Shown here: piece by piece, positions 47,177 to 56,848 of the stretch
Numbering within the stretch: the stretch's first letter is position 1
How the letters are laid out: every line of letters starts with the position of its first letter
Source: Bacteroidales bacterium
GTDB lineage: Bacteria; Bacteroidota; Bacteroidia; Bacteroidales; WCHB1-69
NCBI GenBank assembly: GCA_017649855.1
Contig: JAGCGA010000007.1
Span: 65,339-129,338 of the forward strand
Direction: 5' to 3'
Length of the DNA: 64,000 bases
Position numbers and translations under genes: made by a program
Notes under the pieces: model-generated
The model's database searches: none
Seen by the model: only the letters and a program-made list of their open reading frames with translations
Told to the model about the DNA's origin: nothing

Positions 47177-48630
47177 TAGCGCACCTCCTCACAGACCGCC
47201 TGCATCAGCGATTTGATCTCCTCGACGGGGAAGGTGGGGATGATGCCTTGTTGTTGCATATCCTCCACGATGCGGCGTGTCTCGGCGATGTCGTGGGTGG
47301 CGATGTCATAGACCTCCTGCCAGGTGCGTTGCTTGCGGGCCACACCCTGTTGGATGGCGCACATGGCCACGTCGGCGGCCACGGTGGGGAACATGTCGGT
47401 ATCCATCATGGTAGGCATGATATGCTCAACATTAATTCCCTGGCGTTCAGCGTAGTCGGCGATGGAGTGTGCCGCGCAGATGGCCATCTCGTCGGTGATC
47501 TTGCGGGCGGAGACCAGCAGGGTGCCCTTCAGGATGGCGGGGAAGCACATCGAGTTGTTAACCTGGTTGGGGAAGTCACCGCGGCCGGTGGCCACGATAT
47601 AGGCGCCAGCCTCCTTAGCCTCGTAAGGATATATCTCGGGCACGGGGTTAGAGCAGCAGAAGACGATAGACTTCTCGGCCATGAGGGAGATCCACTCCTT
47701 CTTGATGGTGTCGGGGCCGGGCTTGGAGAGGGCCACGAGCACGTCGGCATCGCGGAAGGCCTCCTCCTCGGTCATGAGATGCTGCTTGTTGGTTGTCTGG
47801 CAGAGTTCCCACTTGCGGTAGTAGCGGGTATCTTGGCGGCAGTCTTCCCTACCCTCATGCAGGGTGCCCTTGCTGTCGAAGATGACGACGTTGGCGGGGT
47901 TGGCGCCGTCGGAGATGAGCAGGCGGGCGATGCTGGTGTTGGCCGCGCCGGCGCCATAGAGCACAATCTTGATGTCGCCGATCTTCTTGCCGGTCAGTTT
48001 CAGCGCATTGAGGATGCCGGCGAGGGTCACGCAGGCGGTGCCTTGCGCGTCGTCATGCCACACGGGGATGTCGCAGGCCTCACGCAGTTCGTCGAGCACC
48101 TTGTAGCAGTTCGGCTGGGAGATATCTTCCAGGTTGACGGCGCCGAAGCTGTGCTGCGCCATCTTGACGAACTCGATGATCTTCTCGGGCTGATGCTGGC
48201 CGTTCTCGTCGCGGCTGTCGATGCAGAGGGGCACGGCATCCACGCCACCGAGGTATTTCATCAGCATGGCCTTGCCTTCCATGACACCCAGGCCACCGGG
48301 AGGGGTGCAGTCGCCATCGCCCAGCACGCGGGTGCTGTCGCTGACCACCGCCACCATCTGGGCGCGGTTGCTCAACAGGAAGGAGGCGTCATTATCGTCG
48401 CGGATGGTGGTGGAGACGGCCGACACGCCCGGCGTGTACCACACGTTGAACCAGTTGAAACCATACACCGGGGCCTTCGGCAAGGTCTGCATCTTGCCGC
48501 CATAGAACTGGTGGGCCTTCAGCGAAAGTCTTTTATAAAACAGCGTCTTGGCCTTGGCCTTCTGCGCTTCTGAGAAATCTTTGGGAAATAAGGACTCCAA
48601 ATCGTCCATGGAAAGTATCTGATCCGTCAT
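47176..48630 (-). CDS. NAD(P)-dependent malic enzyme
   Basis: VVSDSTRVLGDGD...GGLGVMEGKAMLMK, GAGAA Rossmann. Stop overlaps the next ATG (TAATG). Confidence 0.85.
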   Translation of the reverse strand: MTDQILSMDDLESLFPKDFSEAQKAKAKTLFYKRLSLKAHQFYGGKMQTLPKAPVYGFNWFNVWYTPGVSAVSTTIRDDNDASFLLSNRAQMVAVVSDSTRVLGDGDCTPPGGLGVMEGKAMLMKYLGGVDAVPLCIDSRDENGQHQPEKIIEFVKMAQHSFGAVNLEDISQPNCYKVLDELREACDIPVWHDDAQGTACVTLAGILNALKLTGKKIGDIKIVLYGAGAANTSIARLLISDGANPANVVIFDSKGTLHEGREDCRQDTRYYRKWELCQTTNKQHLMTEEEAFRDADVLVALSKPGPDTIKKEWISLMAEKSIVFCCSNPVPEIYPYEAKEAGAYIVATGRGDFPNQVNNSMCFPAILKGTLLVSARKITDEMAICAAHSIADYAERQGINVEHIMPTMMDTDMFPTVAADVAMCAIQQGVARKQRTWQEVYDIATHDIAETRRIVEDMQQQGIIPTFPVEEIKSLMQAVCEEVR

Positions 48631-48647
48631 AACTAAAAATTTGGCGG

Positions 48648-48655
48648 CAAAGATA
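48648..48655 (-). promoter_or_regulatory. -7 box TATCTTTG
   Basis: 18 nt upstream of the malic enzyme ATG at 48630. Confidence 0.45.
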
Positions 48656-48702
48656 CGCTATTTTTCGGTACCCCTCCCCTATTTTTTCGGAAAAAATTCG
48701 GA

Positions 48703-49380
48703 CTATTCCAGTGCCTTGCTGATCGCCTTCAGCACCAGTTCCTCCATGATGAAGTAGGTGTCGGGGTTGGGGTGACAGCCATCGTCGCTGAGTTTCTTGG
48801 GGAAAGCGTTGTGCTCGTCGGCCAGTGCGGAATGATAGTCCACATAGACGATGTCTTTGGCCTTGGCGTAGTCTCTCAGGTGCTTGTTGATCTCGACGAT
48901 GGTCTGGGCGGCGCCCTGAATGGCGGGATTCCACATAAAGAAGTCGCACGGCGGGATGGAGCTGATGATCGGGACGATGCCGTTGGCGCGGGCCAACTGG
49001 CACATGGCTATGACGTTGTCCACCACCTTGGCGGGTTCCACCCAGTAGATGTTGTGCGCCACGTCGTTAGTGCCCGCCATGATGACCACCGCCTTGGGGT
49101 GGAGGTTGATGACATCGGCGGTGAAGCGCACCAGCATCTGGGTGGAGGTCTGTCCCCCGATGCCCCTGCCGCAATAGTGGTGCTCGGTGAAGAATTCAGG
49201 ATGGTAGAGAGCCCAGTACTCGGTGATGGAGTTCCCCATGAAGACCACCTCTGGAAATTCGCCGTTATATATAATACGCTCATTATCGGCCTTGTAGCGG
49301 TTGAATCCGAACCAGTCCTCCTGTGAAAAACCGAATAATGTCATCGTGGTAAAAAGCATGATCAACGATATTTTTCTCAT
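48703..49380 (-). CDS. SGNH/GDSL hydrolase
   Basis: VVFMGNSITEYW (block I), GTND, DGCHPN (block V). Start at MRKISL (49380). Confidence 0.7.
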   Translation of the reverse strand: MRKISLIMLFTTMTLFGFSQEDWFGFNRYKADNERIIYNGEFPEVVFMGNSITEYWALYHPEFFTEHHYCGRGIGGQTSTQMLVRFTADVINLHPKAVVIMAGTNDVAHNIYWVEPAKVVDNVIAMCQLARANGIVPIISSIPPCDFFMWNPAIQGAAQTIVEINKHLRDYAKAKDIVYVDYHSALADEHNAFPKKLSDDGCHPNPDTYFIMEELVLKAISKALE

Positions 49381-49395
49381 AATGGAATTTTTCGG

Positions 49396-49403
49396 CAAAG
49401 ATA
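49396..49403 (-). promoter_or_regulatory. -7 box TATCTTTG
   Basis: 16 nt upstream of the ATG at 49380. Confidence 0.45.
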
Positions 49404-49444
49404 GGGAAATTTTGGAACAATGGTCCCTTTATTTTCTTCTCGCC

Positions 49445-50617
49445 TCACCCTTTCTCCGCTACTACCAGCACCTTCTCCCCTTTGGCGAGGGTGGTGCCGA
49501 CGAGGAAAAGCGGGCCTCCGTCTTTGACTCTCAGCCGGGCGCGGAGCTCGTCGGCGGTGAGGGGGAAGTTGCGCACCGCCACGTTGGCCTGGCGGACCTC
49601 CGCGGCGAGCTGTCGGATGCCCTGCTTATGGAAGGGGATGACGCTCCGCACACGGAAGATACGGCCGGGGAACTCGTCCACCCGCATCTCGGAGGTGTAG
49701 AGATGTGTGCTCGGCGCCAGTTTGCGGACGGCATAGTGCTGTGTCAAGGTCTTGTAGCCCCCGGCCTTCATGATGGCCACATTGGGCTCGTACAGCCATT
49801 CGCCCACCCCGTCGGCCCAGGACGGGAGGGCCTGTTCTTCCTCTTCCATCGTGAAGGAGAACAGTTGCTCGTCCGTCCCGAGGTTCACGGCAGTGAGGGT
49901 GAGGGGGCTCATCTCTCTGCGCACCATGAAGAGCAGTTCCTTGCACTCGCCGTGAACGGCCACCACTTGCACGTCGGTGGTGTCAGGCAGCTGGCGCAGG
50001 GTCTGCCGGATGTCCAGCATCGGCGACAGCTTCAAGAGGATACCCTTTCGGGCCTTGTCCATCAGCAGCGGCCAGTGGGCGAGCACGTCGGGTACACAGT
50101 GCGACAGGTCGACGACCCGCCGGCCATAGCCATCGCGTCGCGAGGGGTCCACATAGAGCCAGTCGGCCGGCTCCAGCTGCGGCAATGCCTCCTCCATGGT
50201 GCAGACGAGTGTCGTCACATTACGCACCCCCAGCACGGCCAGGTTGTGCGTCACCAGTTCTGCCAACTCCGCATTGGGCTCCACGTAGAGGCCCTGCCGG
50301 AACTGTCGGGCGAGGTGGAGGGTGTCCACGCCGAAGCCTCCACTGAGGTCCGCAAAGGTGTCACCGGCGAGCAGCGAGGCCTTGTATTGTGCCGTGGCTG
50401 TGGAGGAGCACTGCTCCATATTGACGGTCGGCGGGTAGAGTATGTCGGGATTGCCAAAAAAGTCGGGCAGTTTCTCTTTGGCCTTCTGCCGACCTTTGAT
50501 CTGCTGCAGGGCAAAGGGCATGTCCACAGCGGGGTCGTGTGCCATCAGGGCGACACGCGCCACCTCGTCATCGGCATGGGCGGCGATAAAGCGAAGGGTC
50601 TCCTCATTCGTCATCAT
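49445..50617 (-). CDS. class I SAM-dependent methyltransferase (THUMP-like C-terminal domain type)
   Basis: FADLSGGFGVD SAM-binding loop. 390 aa. Confidence 0.5.
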   Translation of the reverse strand: MMTNEETLRFIAAHADDEVARVALMAHDPAVDMPFALQQIKGRQKAKEKLPDFFGNPDILYPPTVNMEQCSSTATAQYKASLLAGDTFADLSGGFGVDTLHLARQFRQGLYVEPNAELAELVTHNLAVLGVRNVTTLVCTMEEALPQLEPADWLYVDPSRRDGYGRRVVDLSHCVPDVLAHWPLLMDKARKGILLKLSPMLDIRQTLRQLPDTTDVQVVAVHGECKELLFMVRREMSPLTLTAVNLGTDEQLFSFTMEEEEQALPSWADGVGEWLYEPNVAIMKAGGYKTLTQHYAVRKLAPSTHLYTSEMRVDEFPGRIFRVRSVIPFHKQGIRQLAAEVRQANVAVRNFPLTADELRARLRVKDGGPLFLVGTTLAKGEKVLVVAEKG

Positions 50618-53600
50618 GCATCGGCTTTTATGGAGTGGTTCAGCTTCTCCAGCCAGTGAAGGGCCGCCCGGATGGTCGGGATATTATGGACGATGAAGAC
50701 GAGATGGTGGTTGATCTCCTTCAGCTGGATGAGCGGATGGTTGCGTTGCATGAAGGCCAGCACGCGGCCGAACTCCTCGGACTGGAAGTAGGGGGCGTTG
50801 GCATTTCCGGCGAAATGGCCCATGAAGGTCTTGTTCTTCAATACCACCTTCTCGAAATGGAGGTCACCGGCGAGCAGGCGCAGGGGCACCGTAAGCATCA
50901 GCTCCTCGGTCTTGGCTGGCATCTGGCCGAAGATGTCCACCACCTTCTTTTTGAATTCCTCCAGTTTCTCGAGATCCTGGATGGCCTCCAGCTCTTTGTA
51001 GAGGCTCATGCGCTCGGAGACACTGCTGACGTAGTCGGTGGGGAACATAGCCTCGATGTCGGTCTCGAGCAGGCACTCCCGATGCAGCAGTGCGCTATTG
51101 TCGGCAGGCCGGTTGTCGCCCAGCGTCTCGAACTCCTCATCTTGCATTTCCTGGATGGCCTCATTGAGAATCTTCTGATACATCTCATAGCCCATCTCGT
51201 TGATGAAGCCGCTCTGGTCGGCGCCGAGGATGTCGCCGGCGCCCCGGATGTCGAGGTCGCGCAACGCGATCTGGATGCCGCTGCCGATGTCGGAAAACTC
51301 CTCGATGGCCTTCAATCGCTTCTGGGCATTGCTGTTGAGCATCTCGAAGGGCTTGGTGAAGAGATAGCAGTAGGCCTTCTGGTTGTTGCGCCCCACCCTG
51401 CCGCGCAGCTGGTGCAGCACGTTGAGGGCAAAGTTCTGGGCGTCGTTGACAATCATGGTGTTGGCGTTGACAATGTCGAGGCCCGACTCCACAATGGTGG
51501 TGGAGATGAGGATGTCATAGCGGCCCTCGATGAAGTCGGTCATAATCTTCTCGAGCTCGTCGCCCTCCATCTGGCCGTGGCCCACCGCCACGCGCGCCGT
51601 TGGGCACAGTCGCTGCACGAGTCCGGCCAGTTCTTTGATGTCCTGTATCTTGTTGTGGACGAAGAAGACCTGCCCATGGCGGTCCAATTCAAACTGGATG
51701 GCATCGCGCAGGATCTCCTCGTCAAAGACGTGCACCTCCGTCTGGATGGGCAGCCGGTTGGGCGGAGGGGTGGAGATGACGGATATGTCGCGCGCCCCGA
51801 TGAGGGAAAACTGCAGGGTGCGCGGGATGGGCGTTGCCGACATGGTCAAGGTATCCACGGAGACGCGCAGCTCGCGCAGCTTCTCCTTGGCACCCACGCC
51901 GAACTTCTGCTCCTCATCGATGACGAGGAGGCCCAGGTCTTTGAAGACCACATCCTTGCTGAGGAGGCGGTGGGTGCCGATGAGGATGTCGATCTTGCCC
52001 TCCGCGAGCTCTTTCAAGGTGCTCTTTATCTGTTTATTGGTCTTAAATCGGTTTACATACTCCACGCGGCACGGCATATTGGCCAGACGGTCGCGGAAGG
52101 TGTTGTAGTGCTGCAGGGCAAGCACGGTGGTGGGCACGAGCACGGCGACCTGCTTGCTGTCGCAGACGGCCTTGAAGGCGGCACGGATGGCAATCTCGGT
52201 CTTGCCGAAGCCTACATCGCCACAGATAAGGCGGTCCATGGGGCAGGTGCTCTCCATATCCTTCTTGACATCCTCCAGCGTCTTGATCTGGTCGGGGGTG
52301 TCCTCGTAGATGAAGGAGGCCTCCAACTCGGTCTGGAGGTAGTTGTCGGGCGAGAAGGCGAAGCCCTTGCGGGCCTTACGGGCGGAGTAGAGCTTGATGA
52401 GGTCGATGGCCAGGGCTTTGACGCGCTTCTTGGTGCGCTCTTTGACCCGCTCCCACGTGCCGGAGCCCAGCCGGTGCAGGGTCGGAGGCGTGCCCTCCTT
52501 GCCCACATACTTGCTGATCTTATGCAGTGAGTGGATGCTCACATAGAGGATGTCGCCACCCTGGTAGGTCAGTTTGATGACCTCTTGCTCCTTGCCGTTG
52601 ATCTCGGTCTTCTCTAGTCCTTGATAGATGCCGACCCCGAAGTTGATGTGGACCACATAGTCGCCCGGCTGGAGGTCATAGATCTCCTTGAGGGTGATGG
52701 ACTCGCTCTTCTTATAGCGGTCGCGCAGCACCACACGCTCCTGCTTTTCCAGGAACTGGTGGTCGGTATAGAGTGCCGTCTTGTGGGCCTCGTCGCGGAA
52801 GCCCTCGTGCAGTTGGTAGCGCAATGGTGTATAGAGATGGCGCAGGTCGTATTCGGTGGCGTTATGGCGGTTGTATTTTTCGAGCAGGTCCTCCATGATC
52901 CGCTGCAGGCGCTCCAGCTGGGATACGCTCTCGGAGAGGAATACGCTCTCGATGCCCCGCTCGCAGTTGGCAATCCACTCGAGGAAGAGATAGTCGAAGC
53001 TGCGGCCGAAGTTGTTCTGGGGCTTGATGTCAAAGTGGAGGGTCAGCTCTGTCACGGTCTTGACGGGCGCATTGACGATGCAGTGGGCGTATCGCTTCCA
53101 GGTCTTGTCGAAGATGTCTTTGGTGATGAAGAGCTCCTCCACGGGCAGGGTGAGCGGTCCCTCGGGATCAGGTGACTCCGGACGGGCGGCCAACTCGGCA
53201 CGGACATTCTTGCAGAGGGTGGCAATCTGGGTGGCGATATCCTGCGGACTGGTCATCCAGAGGACCGTATCATCGGTCAGGAAGTCAAAGAGGGATACCC
53301 GCTGTTCCTCCACGGCCATATTGCTGATATTCGGCATAATATGAACCGTATCCTCGTCACGGATGGAGAGTTGGGTCTCAGGGTTGAAATAACGGATAGA
53401 CTCGATGCGGTCGCCCTCCAACTCTATACGGTAGGGATACTCTTCCGAATAAGAGAAGATGTCGAAGATGCTGCCGCGCCAGGCGAACTGGCCAGGCTCC
53501 ACGACGAAGTCCTCCTGTTGGTATTCCAGGTCATAGAGATATTGCAGGAAGACATCCACGGGCATCTCATCGCCCTGCTTGATTTGAAAGGTATTGTTTG

Positions 53601-54045
53601 TCAGATATTGGCAGTTCACGATCCGTTCTGCCAGCGCTTCGGGATAGGTGATGATGAGCGGTTCCCCAGCGGCATGATGCGACAGTTTGTTGATGAGTTC
53701 CGCGCGCAGTTTGACGTTGGCGTTGTTGAGCTCGTCGGAGGTGTGGGCGCGCTTGAACGAGGAAGGCAGGTAGTGGACGCGCTTATTCGGCAGGGGCAAG
53801 TCCTTGTCGTCCAGCAGCCGTTCCAGATCATTGTACAGATAGGCGGCCTCTTCTTTGGAGACCGTGATGAAAAGATGGGGCCGCGGCACCTGCTGCACCG
53901 TCAGGGCGGCGAGTAGCGGATAGGAAGAACCGGTGAGTCCGTCCATGGCAATAGCAGGGCGCGAGGTGTGATCCCCGAGCCTTGCCTTCAACTGGGCAGC
54001 CTCCTTGGAGAAGAGCTGCAGACGTATTTTATCTACCGTCATCAT
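50614..54045 (-). CDS. mfd: transcription-repair coupling factor
   Basis: LICGDVGFGKTEIAIRAA, VIDEEQKFGV, helicase C motifs. 1143 aa. Confidence 0.95.
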   Translation of the reverse strand: MMTVDKIRLQLFSKEAAQLKARLGDHTSRPAIAMDGLTGSSYPLLAALTVQQVPRPHLFITVSKEEAAYLYNDLERLLDDKDLPLPNKRVHYLPSSFKRAHTSDELNNANVKLRAELINKLSHHAAGEPLIITYPEALAERIVNCQYLTNNTFQIKQGDEMPVDVFLQYLYDLEYQQEDFVVEPGQFAWRGSIFDIFSYSEEYPYRIELEGDRIESIRYFNPETQLSIRDEDTVHIMPNISNMAVEEQRVSLFDFLTDDTVLWMTSPQDIATQIATLCKNVRAELAARPESPDPEGPLTLPVEELFITKDIFDKTWKRYAHCIVNAPVKTVTELTLHFDIKPQNNFGRSFDYLFLEWIANCERGIESVFLSESVSQLERLQRIMEDLLEKYNRHNATEYDLRHLYTPLRYQLHEGFRDEAHKTALYTDHQFLEKQERVVLRDRYKKSESITLKEIYDLQPGDYVVHINFGVGIYQGLEKTEINGKEQEVIKLTYQGGDILYVSIHSLHKISKYVGKEGTPPTLHRLGSGTWERVKERTKKRVKALAIDLIKLYSARKARKGFAFSPDNYLQTELEASFIYEDTPDQIKTLEDVKKDMESTCPMDRLICGDVGFGKTEIAIRAAFKAVCDSKQVAVLVPTTVLALQHYNTFRDRLANMPCRVEYVNRFKTNKQIKSTLKELAEGKIDILIGTHRLLSKDVVFKDLGLLVIDEEQKFGVGAKEKLRELRVSVDTLTMSATPIPRTLQFSLIGARDISVISTPPPNRLPIQTEVHVFDEEILRDAIQFELDRHGQVFFVHNKIQDIKELAGLVQRLCPTARVAVGHGQMEGDELEKIMTDFIEGRYDILISTTIVESGLDIVNANTMIVNDAQNFALNVLHQLRGRVGRNNQKAYCYLFTKPFEMLNSNAQKRLKAIEEFSDIGSGIQIALRDLDIRGAGDILGADQSGFINEMGYEMYQKILNEAIQEMQDEEFETLGDNRPADNSALLHRECLLETDIEAMFPTDYVSSVSERMSLYKELEAIQDLEKLEEFKKKVVDIFGQMPAKTEELMLTVPLRLLAGDLHFEKVVLKNKTFMGHFAGNANAPYFQSEEFGRVLAFMQRNHPLIQLKEINHHLVFIVHNIPTIRAALHWLEKLNHSIKADA

Positions 54046-54053
54046 TGCGGCGG

Positions 54054-54061
54054 CAAAGATA
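54054..54061 (-). promoter_or_regulatory. -7 box TATCTTTG
   Basis: 9 nt upstream of the mfd ATG at 54045. Confidence 0.4.
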
Positions 54062-54171
54062 CAACTTTATCTCCACATTTCACCTCAAACTGTAGCTGTC
54101 ATCCCCTTCTACCAAGCTTTAACCCCTGCGGGGTTTCTCGCACCCTGCAACTCATCGTGCCAAGGCTTTAA

Positions 54172-54206
54172 CTCTTAACTGCTAACTGACAACTGTCAAC
54201 TCCTTA
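54172..54206. repeat. C-type array: five heptads
   Basis: CTCTTAA CTGCTAA CTGACAA CTGTCAA CTCCTTA. Confidence 0.85.
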
Positions 54207-56660
54207 CATTCCCATTCCTTGGCCGCCCTGACCGCCTTGGGCTTGTGCTTGGGCGCCCTCCAGTTCCATCTTGCCGAACTTGAAGGAGATGCCGCCACGG
54301 ATGCTGCGGCCCATCCAGTTGCTCCAGGTGGTGCTACTGAGCGTATAGTACGGATTGTTGACATCGGTGCCTCTCCGGTTCCAGTTGAAGATGTCGTGCA
54401 CATCCACAAAGACAGAGATGCGGCGCTTCCAGAACTCGGCGCGCAGACCGGCATCGATGCTGTAGCGCGGACGCGTAACCGTGAACATATTCACGCTCTT
54501 GGAGGTGTAGTTAGCCGAAGCGTTGACCTCCAAAAACTTCCACAGCTTGGCCCAGAAATTCAAACGGAAACTATAGCCTAAATTGTCCACCACATGCGGT
54601 TCCTCCTGATCACGGAACTGAAAGCTGGACTTCATATAGTAAACATTGGCATAGAAACGAATGTTCATGAAGGCCTTGAGACGGTACATCACATTCAACT
54701 CCGCACCCGTGTTGAGCGATTTGCCCGCATTGACTGGCATGGTATAGGTGACATAACGCCTAAAGAAGGGGCTGTAAGCCACATCCGACTGCGAGCTGAA
54801 CTCGTCCTTGCTGTTCTTGAACCAGGCGTTGAGGCCGACATTGCCGAACTTGTTGATGTATTTGGTCCAGCCGGCCTCGATGGAATTGGTGAAGCTCTGT
54901 CGCAAGTCAGGATTGCCAACGCTGTAGCCATCCTCGCCGTAATAGATACGGGTGCACAAGTTGTCACCGTCGGGATTGTTCACGCGGCGCGTGTAACTGA
55001 GCTTGAAGTTATGCATGTTCTTGGTGCGGTAGCTCAAGTGGAGGGAAGGGTAAAGTCCCCAATAGCCCTTGTGCACATCGTATTGAGGGTCGTTGAGGAT
55101 AAGCAGGTTGTAGATTTCATACTCGGTGCGCAGACCGCCCTTGAGGGTGAAGCCGCCGAAACGGTGCTGCAATGTGACGTAAGCGTCCACACTGCCATCT
55201 CGGGTGCGCACATCCTTGAAACGGAGCTCATCCAGCACATATTCGCCGGTAGAAAAAACCAACGTGTCGTAGCGTTCATAATTCAAGCCTGGATCATATC
55301 CGCCCGACACGCCCAATTCTATTTCCCCGTTTTTATGATAAGGGATAGTATAGTCCACGGAGGCACTCAATCCAAACGAACGGTAGTGATTCTCCAGCTT
55401 CTGCTTTTTGTCTAGATTGTCCAGAAAAAGGTAATCACGGAAGGCATCACCTTTTTGCTTTCTGCCCCACGTCCAAAAACTCACATCAGCGCTGATCTTG
55501 TGGCCCTTGCTGTTGAACTTGTGCTCGTACCACATTCCACCATAGCCGCCGCCACCGACCGTGCTTTGTGTCTGGTCATTGAAGAAAGAACGATCGCTGG
55601 GATTGATATATTCTAGGTAAAAGGTGGAATCCCGATAGGTGTAACTGCCAAAGCTGGGATAGGTGCCCGCCCAGAAGTAGATGCTGTTCATCGTATCGGG
55701 CGTGTAGGAGCCGTTAATGTAGAGGCCGAAGTTGTGATCCCGTTGCCGGAACTTGTTGATACTATGAATTGTAGTAGAGGTGTCGCCCTCATCCGTCAAT
55801 ATCGTGGCGAACGACTCGCTATTATTCTTGTCAGTGCCATAGGAGTAGTTGAGATAGGTACTGATGGAGAACTTCTCGTTGGCATAGACATAGGAGATAA
55901 AAGGGGTGATGCTGGGCGTGGAGGAACCGCGCACACCAAAGCTCAAGAAGCTGTTTTTCTTGATTTTGGAGGTGGTCACGATGTTGATGATGCCGCCGCT
56001 GCCCTGGGCGCTGTAGCGGGCCGACGGGTTGGTGATCACTTCTATTTTCTCGATGCTGCCGGCGGGCATCTGCTGGATGAACTGCTTGAGCGCCTCGGCG
56101 TTCATGTTGGAGGGCTTGTTGTTGATCCAGATCTCCACGGAGGAGACACCGCGGAGGGTCACGTTGCCATCCACATCCACCTCCACACCGGGGGCGTTCT
56201 GTAAGGCGTCCGCAGCGGTTCCCGACTGTATGGTGGGGTCCTCCGAGACATTGTAGAGCGTCTTCTCGCCATCCACCATATAGAGAGGCTTCTCGCCCAC
56301 GATCTGCACCACATCCAGGTCGGTGCTCGTCTTCTTCATATAAACATTACCCATGTCGATGGTCTTGCTATCGCCACCCACCGTAAAGGGCATATTGACC
56401 ATCTCATAGCCGATAAGGGTAGCCACAAAACGATACTCGCCGGCGGGCACATTCGACATCTGGAATACGCCTTGGGCATCCGACAGCGAATGGGCGATCG
56501 TCTGGGCCGTGGAGTCCGGCTTCAACAAACCGATGGTGACGAACATCACCTTTTCATTGTTGAGGGAATCCATCATCGTGCCGGTGATGGTATAGCGACT
56601 TTGGGCCCACAATTGTGCAAAAGCACTTAAAAAAAGAACAAAAACAAGCAATCGTTTCAT
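54204..56660 (-). CDS. TonB-dependent-receptor-like outer-membrane beta-barrel protein
   Basis: Signal peptide. CarboxypepD_reg-like start YTITGTMMDS, plug-like region, long barrel, terminal aromatic-rich strands. Start at MKRLLVF (56660). Confidence 0.7.
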   Translation of the reverse strand: MKRLLVFVLFLSAFAQLWAQSRYTITGTMMDSLNNEKVMFVTIGLLKPDSTAQTIAHSLSDAQGVFQMSNVPAGEYRFVATLIGYEMVNMPFTVGGDSKTIDMGNVYMKKTSTDLDVVQIVGEKPLYMVDGEKTLYNVSEDPTIQSGTAADALQNAPGVEVDVDGNVTLRGVSSVEIWINNKPSNMNAEALKQFIQQMPAGSIEKIEVITNPSARYSAQGSGGIINIVTTSKIKKNSFLSFGVRGSSTPSITPFISYVYANEKFSISTYLNYSYGTDKNNSESFATILTDEGDTSTTIHSINKFRQRDHNFGLYINGSYTPDTMNSIYFWAGTYPSFGSYTYRDSTFYLEYINPSDRSFFNDQTQSTVGGGGYGGMWYEHKFNSKGHKISADVSFWTWGRKQKGDAFRDYLFLDNLDKKQKLENHYRSFGLSASVDYTIPYHKNGEIELGVSGGYDPGLNYERYDTLVFSTGEYVLDELRFKDVRTRDGSVDAYVTLQHRFGGFTLKGGLRTEYEIYNLLILNDPQYDVHKGYWGLYPSLHLSYRTKNMHNFKLSYTRRVNNPDGDNLCTRIYYGEDGYSVGNPDLRQSFTNSIEAGWTKYINKFGNVGLNAWFKNSKDEFSSQSDVAYSPFFRRYVTYTMPVNAGKSLNTGAELNVMYRLKAFMNIRFYANVYYMKSSFQFRDQEEPHVVDNLGYSFRLNFWAKLWKFLEVNASANYTSKSVNMFTVTRPRYSIDAGLRAEFWKRRISVFVDVHDIFNWNRRGTDVNNPYYTLSSTTWSNWMGRSIRGGISFKFGKMELEGAQAQAQGGQGGQGMGM

Positions 56661-56802
56661 AACTTCGCGAAGCAAATGATGAATACTAGAACATCAGACA
56701 ATCAATATATCAATTCCTTACGGTAAAAATCCGTATGCAAAAATCCTCCACAAAGAGAAGACGCAAAAATATAAAAAAGTGCCAAGCATGAACGAGATTT
56801 TG

Positions 56803-56848
56803 AAAAAAGGGGACGAATCGGCTCCGGAAGCACCGATTCGCCTACGGG
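56803..56848 (-). terminator. intrinsic terminator downstream of MBL hydrolase gene
   Basis: Stem CGAATCGG (56814-56821) / CCGATTCG (56833-56840). The minus strand is followed by CCCCTTTTTT. Starts 1 nt after the stop codon. Confidence 0.6.

Noticed and set aside
54046-54171. Possible small RNA or terminator in the mfd upstream spacer (hairpin AACCCCTGCGGGGTT)
   Set aside because: It has a 6-bp stem with no U-tract on either strand. I recognised no conserved ncRNA motif. The evidence is insufficient.
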